From: the human T2T-CHM13v2.0 reference genome, Homo sapiens
Assembly (NCBI RefSeq): GCF_009914755.1
Contig: NC_060932.1
DNA length: 64,000 nucleotides
Strand: one strand, 5' to 3'
Part shown: positions 13,612-26,584 of the stretch, in pieces
How the letters are laid out: every line of letters begins with the position of its first letter
How positions within the stretch are numbered: the first letter of the stretch is position 1
The notes under the pieces: generated by a model
Seen by the model: only the letters and a program-made list of their open reading frames with translations
Databases searched by the model: none
Told to the model about the DNA's origin: nothing
Translations under genes and position numbers: made by a program

Positions 13612-14284
13612 CTACATGAAAACTTTTACATTTCATATGGCCAAATTTGTTAATATTTTCTTCTTACTTTTTGGTTTCCTGTATAGTGTAGAAGGTCTCT
13701 TCCACCCCCAACTTTTAGTCTGCTAGAGTTTTCTTTAGGATTAATATTATTACCTTTTATAGAGTATGGAATTCATAGTTAGAACTGGAGCTGAACCTTT
13801 GAAGGAGGGAAAGGAAACAAACACTGACAAAGCAAGGTGGTAGATCTTGACAACTGATTTGATGTGGAGTGGGCACGTCAAAAGGTGTCAGTATGAGGTA
13901 AAAAATATATTACTGAGCTTGTCAGGAGTATGTGTAGAATTTTAGGGGAAGTCTAAGTTGTAAAAAAAGGGCTTATTAAAGTATCTGTGGGAGGGAGAAA
14001 CAGAGTAAACAATACTTAGATGTTGGAACATAAAACCAATGTTGGGCATTAGGAACAAATACTTGGAAACAAATGCTGGAAGGGTTAGGTATAAACAATA
14101 TCAGAGAGACAGAATAAAAGTAGTGGAGAGGCAGTGCGATTGTGAAGTGAAGTGCAATTGAGACAGAAGGGGCATTTCAAATTGAGAATTGAATTCCAAG
14201 CTTCTTAAGCTTCTTTACTCACATCCTGGCTTATTCGTTTTGGTGGGGGCTCTAAATAAGGCAGTAAATGCTTGGAGCATCTAT

Positions 14285-14493
14285 ACCTTAGTAGTTGAGA
14301 ATATGGCTCGGATTCAGACTGTGTAAGTTCAGATCCTTCAGTAGGACGTATTAATCATGCTACCTTGAGAGAGTTACTTATACTTCGCATCTGATACTTG
14401 ATTTGCTCAATGGGGACAAAAATAATATCTACTTCACTAGTTTGTTTTGAGTGTTAAATGGATTAGTTAATGTAAAGTTCTGAGAATAGTGCT
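14285..14493 (+). mobile_element. MIR
   Basis: cagactgtgtaagttcagatcc...accttgagagagttactta...aatggggacaaaaataatatctacttca...gtaaagttctgagaatagtgc. Confidence 0.7.
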
Positions 14494-14968
14494 ATTATTA
14501 TATGACAGTTTAAATGGCTCCTTACTCAAGGCTGAAATAATAATGTTTGGGTGTGAAACAATAAAGCACTCCTATTGGAAACTGTTGAACTTTACTACCT
14601 GGGAGCAACATATTTTAATCTATACATTGAAACGATTTGTCACTGTCACTCAACAAAGTATTTTTTATCAGAATATTGGAGCAAAGCCTTTGGCAAACAT
14701 AGCCAGATGTGATGAGAACACTAAAGGCATTAAAAACTTTGATCTATTAGATATGTTTCAGATATCAAGAGTGTTTAATCTAATTAATACTAATATGTCA
14801 TATTAGATAATATTCCAAATTTGAAACAATTGAGGACATATGGAAAGATCATACCTCAATTTGCTTCAGATTTGGATTTTATGAACTGCAGACTTAAATT
14901 ATTAGCAGGAATTCTCATTTTTAAATTGTCTGTTAAAATCAATTATAAATGTAAATTTATTTATTTAG

Positions 14969-15050
14969 TTATATGGATTATCCTCGTTATTTGGGAGCAG
15001 TGTTTCCTGGAACAATGTGTATTACTCGTTATTCTGCAGGAGTTGCATTG
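14969..15050 (+). CDS. ADAM32: ADAM32 coding exon, 82 nt, phase 2-0: (I)YMDYPRYLGAVFPGTMCITRYSAGVAL
   Basis: Acceptor tttatttatttag| and donor |gtatgt. The first base completes the ATT codon split from the previous exon. GxxxxGxMC is an ADAM motif. Confidence 0.95.
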
Positions 15051-15841
15051 GTATGTAACTATTTAATCTTATTTTTTAAATTAACACGTTTAAAAATTAT
15101 TTGACATGATAGTATATATTTTGTACAATTTATGTGCATGTTTCCATTTACAGATTGCATTTTTTTCCATTACTGTTAAAATTTTTAAGTGTGTAGAAGG
15201 AAGAATATTTTGTAGATCAATATCTTGTTGCAATTAATTATGTTTCAGAGTTGGAATAAAAATATCATAAATACGCATGCTGTTCTTGATATACAGAATA
15301 ATGCATTGTGAAAAATTATCTGCAGTAAAATTTCTATAACCCAAAATAGATTTTTGCTTGCAGACATAAAATTGGAGAAATATTCTTATAGATAAAATAG
15401 ATTCAAAATCAAAACAAAAACCAGATTAAGGATTCCTTAAGATGTTTCAGAACTCTGAAAGACAGTAAAATAAACTTTTATGTGTATTTTAAGCATTTAT
15501 AATACGGATAAATGTGATTTTATATATATAATGGGTAAAAATAAATGCATTATTGAAAAGTTGATGCATCTCTTTGTGCCATTTTCTCACCCTACTCATT
15601 TTTAAAAAAACAAGTTTAAGTACTATTTTTTTAACTTACAAAGTAATTTATGTTAATGATGTCAAATTTGTTAAGTATATATATATAGGAACATATAAGA
15701 AAATTCATATAATTTTGCATTTTGCCACCAGGTGGAGATAACCACTATTAACATTTTGATTGATATATATATCTTATTGTTTTCTTAAAAGAGTTTTAAA
15801 TAAAAAAATTTTTAGAACATGTTTTTAGAAACTGTTATTCA

Positions 15842-16473
15842 TTTTTTTATTGACACATAATAGTTGTATGTAAAGGCAGTGAGCAGAATGGTGATTACCA
15901 GAGGTTGGGAAGGGTAGGGGGAAGAGGAGATGAAGAGAAGTTGAGTAATGGGTACAAAATTACAGTCAGGTAGAAGGAATAAGTTCTAGTATATATATAT
16001 ATATTTTGACAGAGTCTTGCTTTTATGCCAGGCTGGAGTGCAGCAGCCTGATCTTGGCTCACTGCAACCTCCGCCTCCAAGGTTCAAGCGATTCTCATGT
16101 CTCAGTCTCCCTAGTAGCTGAGATTACAGAGGTGACCCACAACAACCAGCTAACTTTTTTGTATTTTTAGTAAAGAAGGGTTTTGAACATGTTGGCCATG
16201 ACAGTCTCAAACTCCTGGCCTAAAGTGATCTGCCTGCCTCGGTGCTGCCTGCCTCCCAAGGTGCTGGGATTACAGGCATGAGCCACCATGCCTGGCCAGT
16301 TCTAGTATTCGATAGCACAATAGGGTGACTATAATTAACAATAATTTATAGTATATTTCAAAATAGCTAGAGGACAAGATTTGGATTGTTCTCAGAACAA
16401 ATAAATGGTATATGTTTGAGGTTATGGATAGCCCAGTTACCCTGATTTGATCATTACATATCACCTGCATGTA
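15842..16473. mobile_element. L1MA 3' end split into a minus-strand terminus (about 15842-15872) and a plus-strand piece (about 15873-16473), interrupted by an Alu
   Basis: tttttttattgacacataatagttgta is the L1MA terminus reversed. gcagaatggtgattaccagagg...cctgatttgatcattaca is sense L1MA 3'UTR. Confidence 0.75.
15993..16297 (-). mobile_element. AluS with a (TA)n-converted tail
   Basis: TSD agttctagtat at 15982-15992 and 16298-16308. Confidence 0.92.
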
Positions 16474-18030
16474 TATCTTCTACTTCGTGTGTTTCTCTGT
16501 TTATCTGTTACTGTAGCTCTCTCTCTATATATTTTTTTGCAAAATGTGATTTTGCAGCACCTATTTTTATTTCTAATACTTAAACATTTTTTATTACTGA
16601 AATAATGAATGCACATGGTAAATTGTTTAAACTATAGATATACAAAGCAAAAAATGATAGTAAAACTGTCTACCTCTTCATTTAGTCCTATTTAAGAATT
16701 TAATAATTTCCATTTAAGTTCTTCTGTTGGTTAAATTTATTTATTTAAAAATATATATGCCCTTACCTCTATTTTAATTTATAAACTGTAGACAATATTG
16801 GTAATATTACATTTGATATGTTGAGTCCACTCTCTCTACTTGTTGCTTATGTTTAAATATATATATTTAAATATTGGTTCTTATTTTTAATTTTATGTAA
16901 TATCTATATATATGTTAAACAATGTCCACTGTTTGCTTGCTGTGAACAGTAAGAGGTGTAATGTAGTTGTATGTTTCTTATACCCATTGTCAATATTTAG
17001 ATAATTTATAACTAATTCTGTAGGGCTTTTGCACTTTGTCTAGAGATTGATGTAAGAATTAAATAAATAAACAGCATTTTATAGTATTATAAATATATAA
17101 ATAATATTAACTATTGAATAAAGAAATAAATATTTCTTATGACAGTAAAGCTTTGATGGTCAAAGGAGGACATTTTAGGCATCAGAATCTAATGGAGCAC
17201 TGAATTTTTTTCTAACTTCTTTTACTTGTTATGGGTGAAACCAACTGCCACAGAAAATGAAATCCCATCTTCCTTTTCTTGGAATCTTTTACTACTTTTC
17301 TGGAATAACTCTTGATTTTTTTTTTAACACAGTGTATATGAATTGCAAACATTGAGCTATTTTATCAATGAAAGCACTTTTTTTCTTCAGCGTTTAAGTT
17401 CTTGGGTACATATGCAGGATGTGTAGGTTTGTTACATAGGTAAATGTGTGCCATGGTGGTTTTCTGCACCTATCAACCTATCACTTAAGTATTAAGCCCC
17501 ACATACATTAGCTGTTTATCCTGGTGCTCTCCCTTCCCTGGCCCCCTGACAGGCCCCAGCGTGTGTTGTTCCCCTCCCTGTGTCTATGTGTTCTTATTGT
17601 TCAGCTCCCACTTATAAGTGAGAACATGCAGTGTTTAGTTTTCTGTTCCTGTGTTAGTTTGCTGAGGATAATGGCTTCCAGTTCCATCCTTGTCCCTGCA
17701 AAGTCTTTCCTTTTTTCGACTGCATACATAGTATTCCATGGTGTACATGTATCACATTTATATATGTATCACATTTGCTTCATCCAGTCTATCATTGATG
17801 GACATTTGGGTTGATTCCATGTCTTTGCTATTGTGACTAGTGCTGCAATGAACATAGAGGTGCATGTGTCTTTATAATAGAATGATTTATATTCCTTTGG
17901 GTATATACCCAGTAATGGGATTGCTGGGCTAAATGGTGTTTCTGCCTCTAGGTCTTTGAGGAATTGCCACAGTGTCTTCCACAATGGCTGAACTAATTTA
18001 CATTCCCACCAACAGTCTAAACATGTTCCA

Positions 18031-18401
<371 letters not shown>

Positions 18402-18884
18402 TTAATAATCGCCATTCTGACTGGAGTGAGGTGGTATCTCATTGTGATTTTAATTTGCATTTCTTTAATGATCAGTGCTGTTGAGTTTTTTTTTTTCATG
18501 TTTTTTGCCCACATGAATGTCTTCTTTTGAGAAGTGTCTGTTCATGTCCTTTGTCCACTTTTTAATTTTTTTTCTTGTAAATATGTTTAAGTTCCTTGTA
18601 GACTCTGTAGATTAGACCTTTATGAGATGGATAGATTGCAAAAATTTTCTCCCCCTCTGTAAGTTGTCTATTCACTCAGATGATAGTTTCTTTTGCTCTG
18701 CAGAAGCTCTTCAGTTTAATTAGATCCCATTTGTCAGTTTTTGCTTTTATTATGATTGCTTTTTTCATTTTTGTCATGAAATCTTTTCCCATGCCTCTGT
18801 CCTGAATGACGTTGCCTAGATTTTCTTCAAAGGTTTTGATAGTTTTGGGTTTTACATTTCAGTTTTTAATCCATATTGGGTTAA

Positions 18885-19177
18885 TTTTTTTTTTTGAGAC
18901 AGGGTCTCACTCTGTAGCCCAGGCTGGAGTGCAGTGGCACAATCTAGGCTCACTGCAACCTCTGCCTCCAAGGTTCAAGCGATTCTCTTGCTTCAGACTT
19001 GCCAGTAGCTGGGATTACAGACGTGCACTGCCACACTTGGCTAATTTTTGTATTTTTAGTAGATACAAGGTTTCACTGTGTTGGTCAGGCTGGTCTCCAA
19101 CTCCTGTCCTCATGTGATGCACCTGCCCTGGCCTCCCAAAGTGTTGGGGTTACAGGCGTGAGCCACCATGCCCAATC
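18885..19177 (-). mobile_element. AluS nested in L1
   Basis: Poly(T) plus Alu dimer. TSD ttaattttt. Confidence 0.9.
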
Positions 19178-19520
19178 AACTTAATTTTTGTATAAGGTGT
19201 AAGGAAGGAGTCCAGTTTCAATTTTCTGCATATGGCTAGCCAGTTCTCCCAGGTCCATTTATTAAATAGGGAATCCTTTCCCCATTGCTTGTTTGTGTCA
19301 GATTTGTTGAAGATCAGATGGTTGTAGGTGTGTGGTCTTATTTCTGAGTTCTCTATTCTGTTCTATTGGTCTATGTGTCTGTTCTTGTACCAGTACCATG
19401 CTGTTTTGGTTACTGTAGCCTTGTAGTATAGTTTGAAGTTGGGTAGCATGATGCTTCCAGCTTTGTTCTTTTCTCTTAGGATGGTTGTGGCTATTTGAAC
19501 TGTTTTTTGGTTCCATATGA

Positions 19521-19747
19521 TTTTTTTTTTGCCTCAGTTTCCTTATTTATTTATTTATTTGTTTATTTTTTATTATTATACTTTAAGTTTTAGGGTACAT
19601 GTGCACAATGTGCAGGTTAGTTACATATGTATACATGTGCCTTGCTGGTGCGCTGCACCCACCAACTCATCATCTAGCATTAGGTATATCTCCCAGTGCT
19701 ATCCCTCCCCCCTCCCCCGACCCCACAACAGTACCCAGAGTGTGATA
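19521..19747 (-). mobile_element. Short young L1 3' end (L1PA2-like) nested in the older L1, with an extra segment in its tail
   Basis: Young diagnostics ttaagttttaggg, caggttagttac, ggtgcgctgc, catctagc, cccgacccc. GAG at the Ta-diagnostic triplet. Confidence 0.88.
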
Positions 19748-20622
19748 GTTTTTTTTTTCTAATTCTGTGAAGAATGTCAATGGTAGTTTAATGGAAATAG
19801 CATTGAATCAATCTATAAATTGCTTTGGGCAGTATGGCCATTTTCATGATATTGATTCTATTTATGAACATGGAATATTTTTCAATTGTTTGTGTCCTCC
19901 CTAATTTTCTTGAGCACTGATTTGTAGTACTCCTTGAAGAGGTCCTTCACTTCCCTTGTTAGCTGTATTCCTAGGTATTTTATTCTCTTTGTAGCAACTG
20001 TGAGTGGGAGTTCATTCATGATTTCACTCTCTGCTTTTCTGTTGTTGGTGTAGGAGTGCTAGTTATTTTTGCATATTGATTTTGTATCCTGAGACATTGC
20101 TGAAGTTGCATATTAGCTTAAGGAGCTTTTGGGCTGAGAGGATGAAGTTTTCTAGGTATAGGATCATGTCATCTGCAAACAAAGACAATTTGACTTCCTC
20201 TCTTTCTATTTGAATTCCCTTTATTTTTTTATTTTGCCTTATTGTCCTGGCCAGAACTTGCAATACTATGTTGAATAGGAATGGTGAGAGAGGGAATGCT
20301 TGTCTTGTGCCAGTTTATAAGGGGAATGCTTCCAGCTTTTGCCCATTCAGTATGACATTGGCTTTGGGTTTTCCATAGATGGTTCTTATTATTTTGAGGT
20401 ATGTTCATTCTTTCTACCTAGTTTACTGAGAGATTTTAACATGAAAATTTTTTCAAAGGATTTTTCTGCATCTATTGAGATAATCATGTGGTTTTTGTCT
20501 TTAGTTCTGTTTATGTGATGAATCACATTTATTGATTTGTGTGTGTTGAACCAACCTTGCATCCTGGGGACGAAGCCAACTTGATCATAGTGGATAAGCT
20601 TTTTGATGTACAGCTGGATTCA

Positions 20623-20817
<195 letters not shown>

Positions 20818-22027
20818 CTACCTCTGGTAGAATGTTAGCTGTAAATTCTTCTGGTCCTGGGCTCTTTTTGGTTGATAGGCTATTCATTAGTTCTGCCTCC
20901 ATTTCAGAACTCATTTATTTGTTTATTCAGGGATTCAATTTCTTCCTGGTTCAGTCTTGGAAGGGTGTTATGTGTCCAGGAATTTATCCATTTCTTCTAG
21001 ATTTTCTAGTTTACGTGCATAGAGGTGTTTACAGTATTCTCTGATGGTTGTTTGTATTTCTGTGGGTTCAGTGGTGATATCCCCCTTATCATTTCTGATT
21101 GTATCTATTTGATTCTTCTCTCTTTTCTTCTTTACTAGTCTAGCTAGTGGTTTATCTATTATATTAATTTTTTCAAAAAAGCAGCTCCTGGATTCATTGA
21201 TTTTTTGAAGGTTTTTTTGTGTGTCTCTATCTCCTTCAGTTCTGCTCTGATCTTGGTTATTTCTTGTCTTCTGCTAGCTTTGGGGTTCGGTTACTCTTGG
21301 TTCTCTTGTTCTTTTAGTTGGCATGTTAGGTTTTTGATTTGAGATATTTCTAGCTTTTTGATGTGGCCATTTAATCCTATGAATTTCTCTCTTAACATGG
21401 CTTTACCTGCATCCCATAGATTCCGGTACGTTGTCTCTTTGTTCTCATTAGTTTCAAAGAACTTCTTGATATCTGGCTTAATTTCATTATTTACCCAGGA
21501 GTCCTTTGGGAGCAGGTTGTTCAATGCTTATGTAGTTGTGCAGTTTTAAGTGAGTTTCTGAATTTTGAGTTCTAATTTGATTGTGCTGTGGTTTGAGAGA
21601 CTGTTTGTTATGATTACAGTTCTTTTGCATTTGCTGAGGAGTGTTTTACTTTTGATTATGTGATTGATTTTAGAGTAAGTACTGTGTGGCGATGAGAAGA
21701 ATGTATATTCTCTTGATTTTGGGTGGAGATTTCTGTAGATATCTATCAGGTCCACTTGATCCAGAGCTGAGTTCAAGTCCTGTATATCTTTGTTAATTTT
21801 CTGTCTCAATGATTTGTCTAATATTGTCAGTGGGGTGTTAAAGTCTCCCACTATTATTGTGTGGGAGTCTAAGTCTCTTTGTAGGTCTCTAAGAACCTGC
21901 TTTATGAATCTGGGTACTCCTGTATCGGGTGCTTATGTATTTAGGATAGTTAGCTCTTCTTATTGAATTGAACCCTTTACCATTATGTAATGCCCTTCTT
22001 TGTCTTTTTTGATCTTTGTTGGTTTAA

Positions 22028-22412
<385 letters not shown>

Positions 22413-24981
22413 ATCCCTTTATTTTGAGCCTATGTGTCTTTGCATGGGAGATGGGTATCTTGAAGGCAGTATACCAGTGGGTTTTGACTCTTTATTCATC
22501 TTGTCATTTGTGTCTTTTAATTTGGGCATTTAGCCTATTTACATTTAGCCGATTTACATTTAAAATTAATGTTGTTCTGTGTGAATTTGATCCTGTCATC
22601 ATGATTCTAGCTGGTTATTTTGCAGACTTTTTTATGTGGTTGCTTCATAGTGTTACTGATCTGTGTACTTCAATGTGTTTTGGTAGTGGCTGATAATTGT
22701 TTTTCATTTCCATATTTAATGCTTCCTTCAGGAGCTCTTGTAAGGCAGGCCTGGTGGTGATGTATTCCCTCAGCATTTGCTTGTCTGAAAAGGATCTTAT
22801 TTCTCTTTTGTTTATGAAGCTTAGTTTGGCTAAATATGAAATTCTGGGTTGAAAATTCTTTTCTATAAGAATGTTGAATATTGGCCCCCAATCTCTTCTG
22901 GCTTGCAAGGTTCCACTGAAAAGTCTGCTGTTATTCTGATGGGCTTCCTTTTGTAGGTGACCTGGCCTTTCCATCTGACTGCCTTAACATTTTTTTTTTT
23001 TTACTTTCAGTTTGACCTTGGAGAATCTGATGATTGGGTGTCTTGGGGCTGAACTTCTCATGGAGTATCTTACTGGGGTTCTCTGGATTTCCTGAATTTG
23101 AATGTTGGTCTGTCTTGCTAGGTTGAGGAAGTTCTGGATGACATCCTGAAGTATGTTTTCCAACTTGGTTCTGTTCTCCCCATCTCTTTCAGGTATCTTA
23201 ATCAGTTGTAAGTTCAGTCTTTTAATATAATCCCGTATTTCTCAGAGGTTTTGTTAATTCCTTTTCCTTCTTTTTTCTCTGTTCTTGCCTGAATGTCTTA
23301 TTTCAGAAAGACAGTCTTCAAGCTCTGATATTTTTTCCTCCTCTTGGTCTGTTCTGCTATTGATACTTGTGATTGCATTGTGAATTTCTTGTGTTGTGTT
23401 TTTCACCTCCATCAGGTCAGTTATGATCCTTTATAAACTGGCTATTCTGGTTAACTGCTCCTGTATTGTTTTATTATGATTGTTAGCTTCTTTGCATTGG
23501 GTTAGAACATTCTCCTTTAGCTCAACAAAGTTTTTTATTACCCACCTTCTGAAGACTACTTCTGTCATTTCAGCCATCTCTGCCTCAGCCCAGTTCTGTG
23601 CCCTTGCTGGGAGATATTGGGGTCATTTGGAGGAGCAGAGACATTCTGGCTTTTTAAGTTTTCAGTGTTTTTGCATTGATTTTTCTCATCTTTGTGGGCT
23701 ATCTACCTTTGATCTTTGAGGTTGCTGACCTTTGAATGGGGTTTTTGTGGGGCCTTTTTTGTTGATGTTATTTTGATGTTATTGTTGTGGCTTTCTGTTT
23801 GTTTTTCCTTTTAACAGTCAGGCCACTCTTTCATAGGGCTGCTGCAGTTTGCTGGGGGTTCACTCCAGACCCTAGTTGCCTCAGTCTCTCCCACACCTGG
23901 AGGTATCACCAGTGAAGGCTAGGAAACAGCAAAGATGGAAACCTGCTTCTTCCTCTGTGAGCTCCATCCCAGGAGGGCACTGACCTTATACTAGCCCATA
24001 TACTCCTGTAGGTGATATCTGTAGGAGGTCTCACCCAGTCAGGAGGAATGGGATCATCAGGGACCCGCTTAAAGAAGCAGTCTGGCTGTCCCTTCACAGA
24101 GCAGATGTGCTGTGTTTGGGGGAGCCCTCCTCATCGAGACCACCCAGACTCTCTAGAGCCAGCAGGCTGGAAAGGCATAGTCGGCTGAACCACAGAGACT
24201 ATGGCCATCCCTTCCCCCTGGAAGCTTCATCCCAGAGAGAGATCAGAGTTCTGGTCTGGACTACCTGGAGTCTCCAGAGACAGCAGGCTAGAATGGCCAA
24301 CTTGAAGCACAGAGATGTGGCCGCTCCTTCCCCAAGGAACTTAGTCCGTCTCAGTCAGTCTCCAGCCTGCTGCTACTGGCTGGCTCGAATTCCAAGCCAG
24401 TGGGTCTTAACTTGAGAGGTGCTGTGGAAGTCGGGCCTGCAGAACAACACTACTTGGCTCCCTGGATTCAGCCCCCTTCCTACAGGAATGCATGAATGGA
24501 TCTCCCGCCTGGCAGGAATTCCTGGGGCTAGGGTATTCAAAACTCCTGGGTGTCCATAGTATGCCCAAATGGCTGCTTCCCTGAGGCTCCACACTCTCTG
24601 TGCTTTGGACCCAAGGCCCTGGTGACATGGGCTCATGAGGGGATCTCCTGATCCATGGGTTGCAAAGAGCCATGAGAAAAGCACGGTTTTCAAGGTAGGG
24701 CTGCACAATCACTCATCACTTCCCTTAGCTGGGGATGTGGGCTTCCCTGGCTCCATGCCACTCCTGGGTGGGCCATCACCCCACCTTGCTTTTCCTTGCT
24801 CTCCGTGGGTCAAGCCGTCTGCCTAGTCAGTCCCAGTGTAATAACCTGGATACCTCAGTTGAAAGTGTAGAATTTGCTTGCCGTTTTCATTCCTTTCCAT
24901 GAGAGCTGGGGACTGTAGCTGCCTCTAATCAGCCATCTTGGTCCTACCCGCTTCAATGAAAACACTTTTATTTTGTCTTAA

Positions 24982-26584
24982 TGAGAGGTGACAGCTTGCT
25001 GGCAGTCCTCAGAGCCCTCGCTTGCTCTCGGTGCCTCCTCTGCCTGGGCTCCCACTTTGGCAGCACTTGAGGAGCCCTTTGGCCCACCGCTGCACTGTGG
25101 GAGCCCCTTTCTGGGCTGGCCAAGGCCAGAGCTGGCTCCCTCAGCTTGCAGGGAGGTGTGGAGGGAGAGGCGCGAGTGGGAACTGGGGCTGCGCGCAGCG
25201 CTTGCGGGCCAGCTGGAGTTCCGGGTGGGCGTGGGCTTGGCGGGCCCCGCACTCGGAGCAGCGGGCCGGCCCTGCCGACCCCAGGCAGTGAGGGGCTTAG
25301 CACCTGGGCCAGCGGCTGCAGAGGGTGTACTGGGTCCCCCAGCAGTGCCAGCCCACGGGTGCTGTGCTCGATTTCTCGCCGGGCCTTAGCTGCCTTCCCA
25401 TGGGGCAGGCCTCCGGACTGCAGCCCGCCATGCCTAAGCCTCCCCCGCCTCAGCCTCCCCTGCCTCTGTGGGCTCCTTTGCGGCCCGAGCCTCCCTGACG
25501 AGCGCTGCCCCCTGCTCCACGGCGCCCAGTCCCATCGACCACCCGAGGGCTGAGGAGTACGAGCACATGGCGCGGGACTGGCAGGCAGCTCCACCTGCAG
25601 CCCTGGTGCGGGATCCACTGGATGAAGCCAGCTGGGCTCCTGAGTCTGGTGGGGAGGTGGAGAGTCTTTATGTCTAGCTCAGGGATTGTAAATACACCAA
25701 TTGGCACTCTGTATCTAGCTCAAGGTTTGTAAACACACCAATCAGCACCCTGTGTCTAGCTCAGGGTTTGTGAGTGCACCAATTGACACTCTGTATCTAG
25801 CTGCTCTGGTGGGGCCTTGGAGAACCTTTATGTCTAGCTCAGGGATTGTAAATACACCAATTGGCACTCTGTATCTAGCTCAAGGTTTGTAAACACGCCA
25901 ATCAGCACCCTCTGTCTAGCTCAGGGTTTGTGAGTGCACCAATCGACACTCTGTATCTAGCTGCTCTGGTGGGGCCTTGGAGAACCTGTGAGTCCATACT
26001 CTGTGTCTAACTAATCTGATGGGGAGGTGGAGAACCTTTGTATCTAGCTCAGGGATTGTAAACGCACCAATCAGCACCCTGTCAAAACAGGCCACTTGGC
26101 TCTACCAATCAGCAGGATGTGGGTGGGGCCAGATAAGAGAATAAAAGCAGGCTGCCCTAGCCAGCAGTGGCAACCCGCTTGGGTCCTTTTCCACACTGTG
26201 GAAGCTTTGTTCTTTCACTCTTTGCAATAAATCTTGCTACTGCTCACTCTTTGGGTCCACACTGCTTTTATGAGCTGTAACACTCACCGCGAAGATCCGC
26301 AGCTTCTCTCCTGAAGCCAGCGAGCCCATGAGCCCACCAGGAGGAACGAACAACTCCAGACGTGCCGTCTTAAGAACTGTAACACTCACTGCGAACGTCT
26401 GCAGCTTCACTCCTGAGCCAGCGAGACCACGAACCCACCAGAAGGAAGAAACTCTGAACACATCCAAACGTCAGAAGGAACAAACTCCAGACACGCCACC
26501 TTAAGAGCTGTAACACTCACTGCGAGGCTCCGCGGCTTCATTCTTGAAGTCAGTGAGACCAAGAACCCACCAATTCCGGACACA
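24982..26584 (+). mobile_element. Solo LTR12C (ERV9), 1603 bp, sense to ADAM32
   Basis: Starts tgagaggtgacagc and ends ccaattccggacaca. 4-bp TSD ttaa at 24978-24981 and 26585-26588. Has a CpG-rich U3, CCAAT tandem repeats and U5 repeats. Confidence 0.96.
25666..26170 (+). promoter_or_regulatory. LTR12C enhancer/promoter: ~40-bp repeats with about eight CCAAT boxes, a GT box, GATA and a TATA-like AATAAAA
   Basis: Repeated tgt(c/a)tctagctc...caccaat units with a 160-bp higher-order duplication (25671 vs 25831). gtgggtggggccagataagagaataaaagc at about 26119-26149. ERV9 LTRs are established NF-Y-dependent promoters. Activity at this copy is inferred. Confidence 0.75.

Noticed and set aside
14489-15066. 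ORFs of 105 and 81 aa around the 82-nt exon
   Set aside because: They start at GTG/TTG, are AT-rich and have no domain. The second reads the true exon in the wrong frame.
24968-25707. Long GC-rich ORFs on both strands (up to 216 aa)
   Set aside because: They lie inside the LTR12C U3, where GC richness suppresses stop codons. No protein motif is recognisable.
25666-26110. Regularly spaced ~40-bp repeats superficially like a CRISPR array
   Set aside because: The units are contiguous with no unique spacers. They are the standard ERV9 LTR enhancer repeats in primate DNA.
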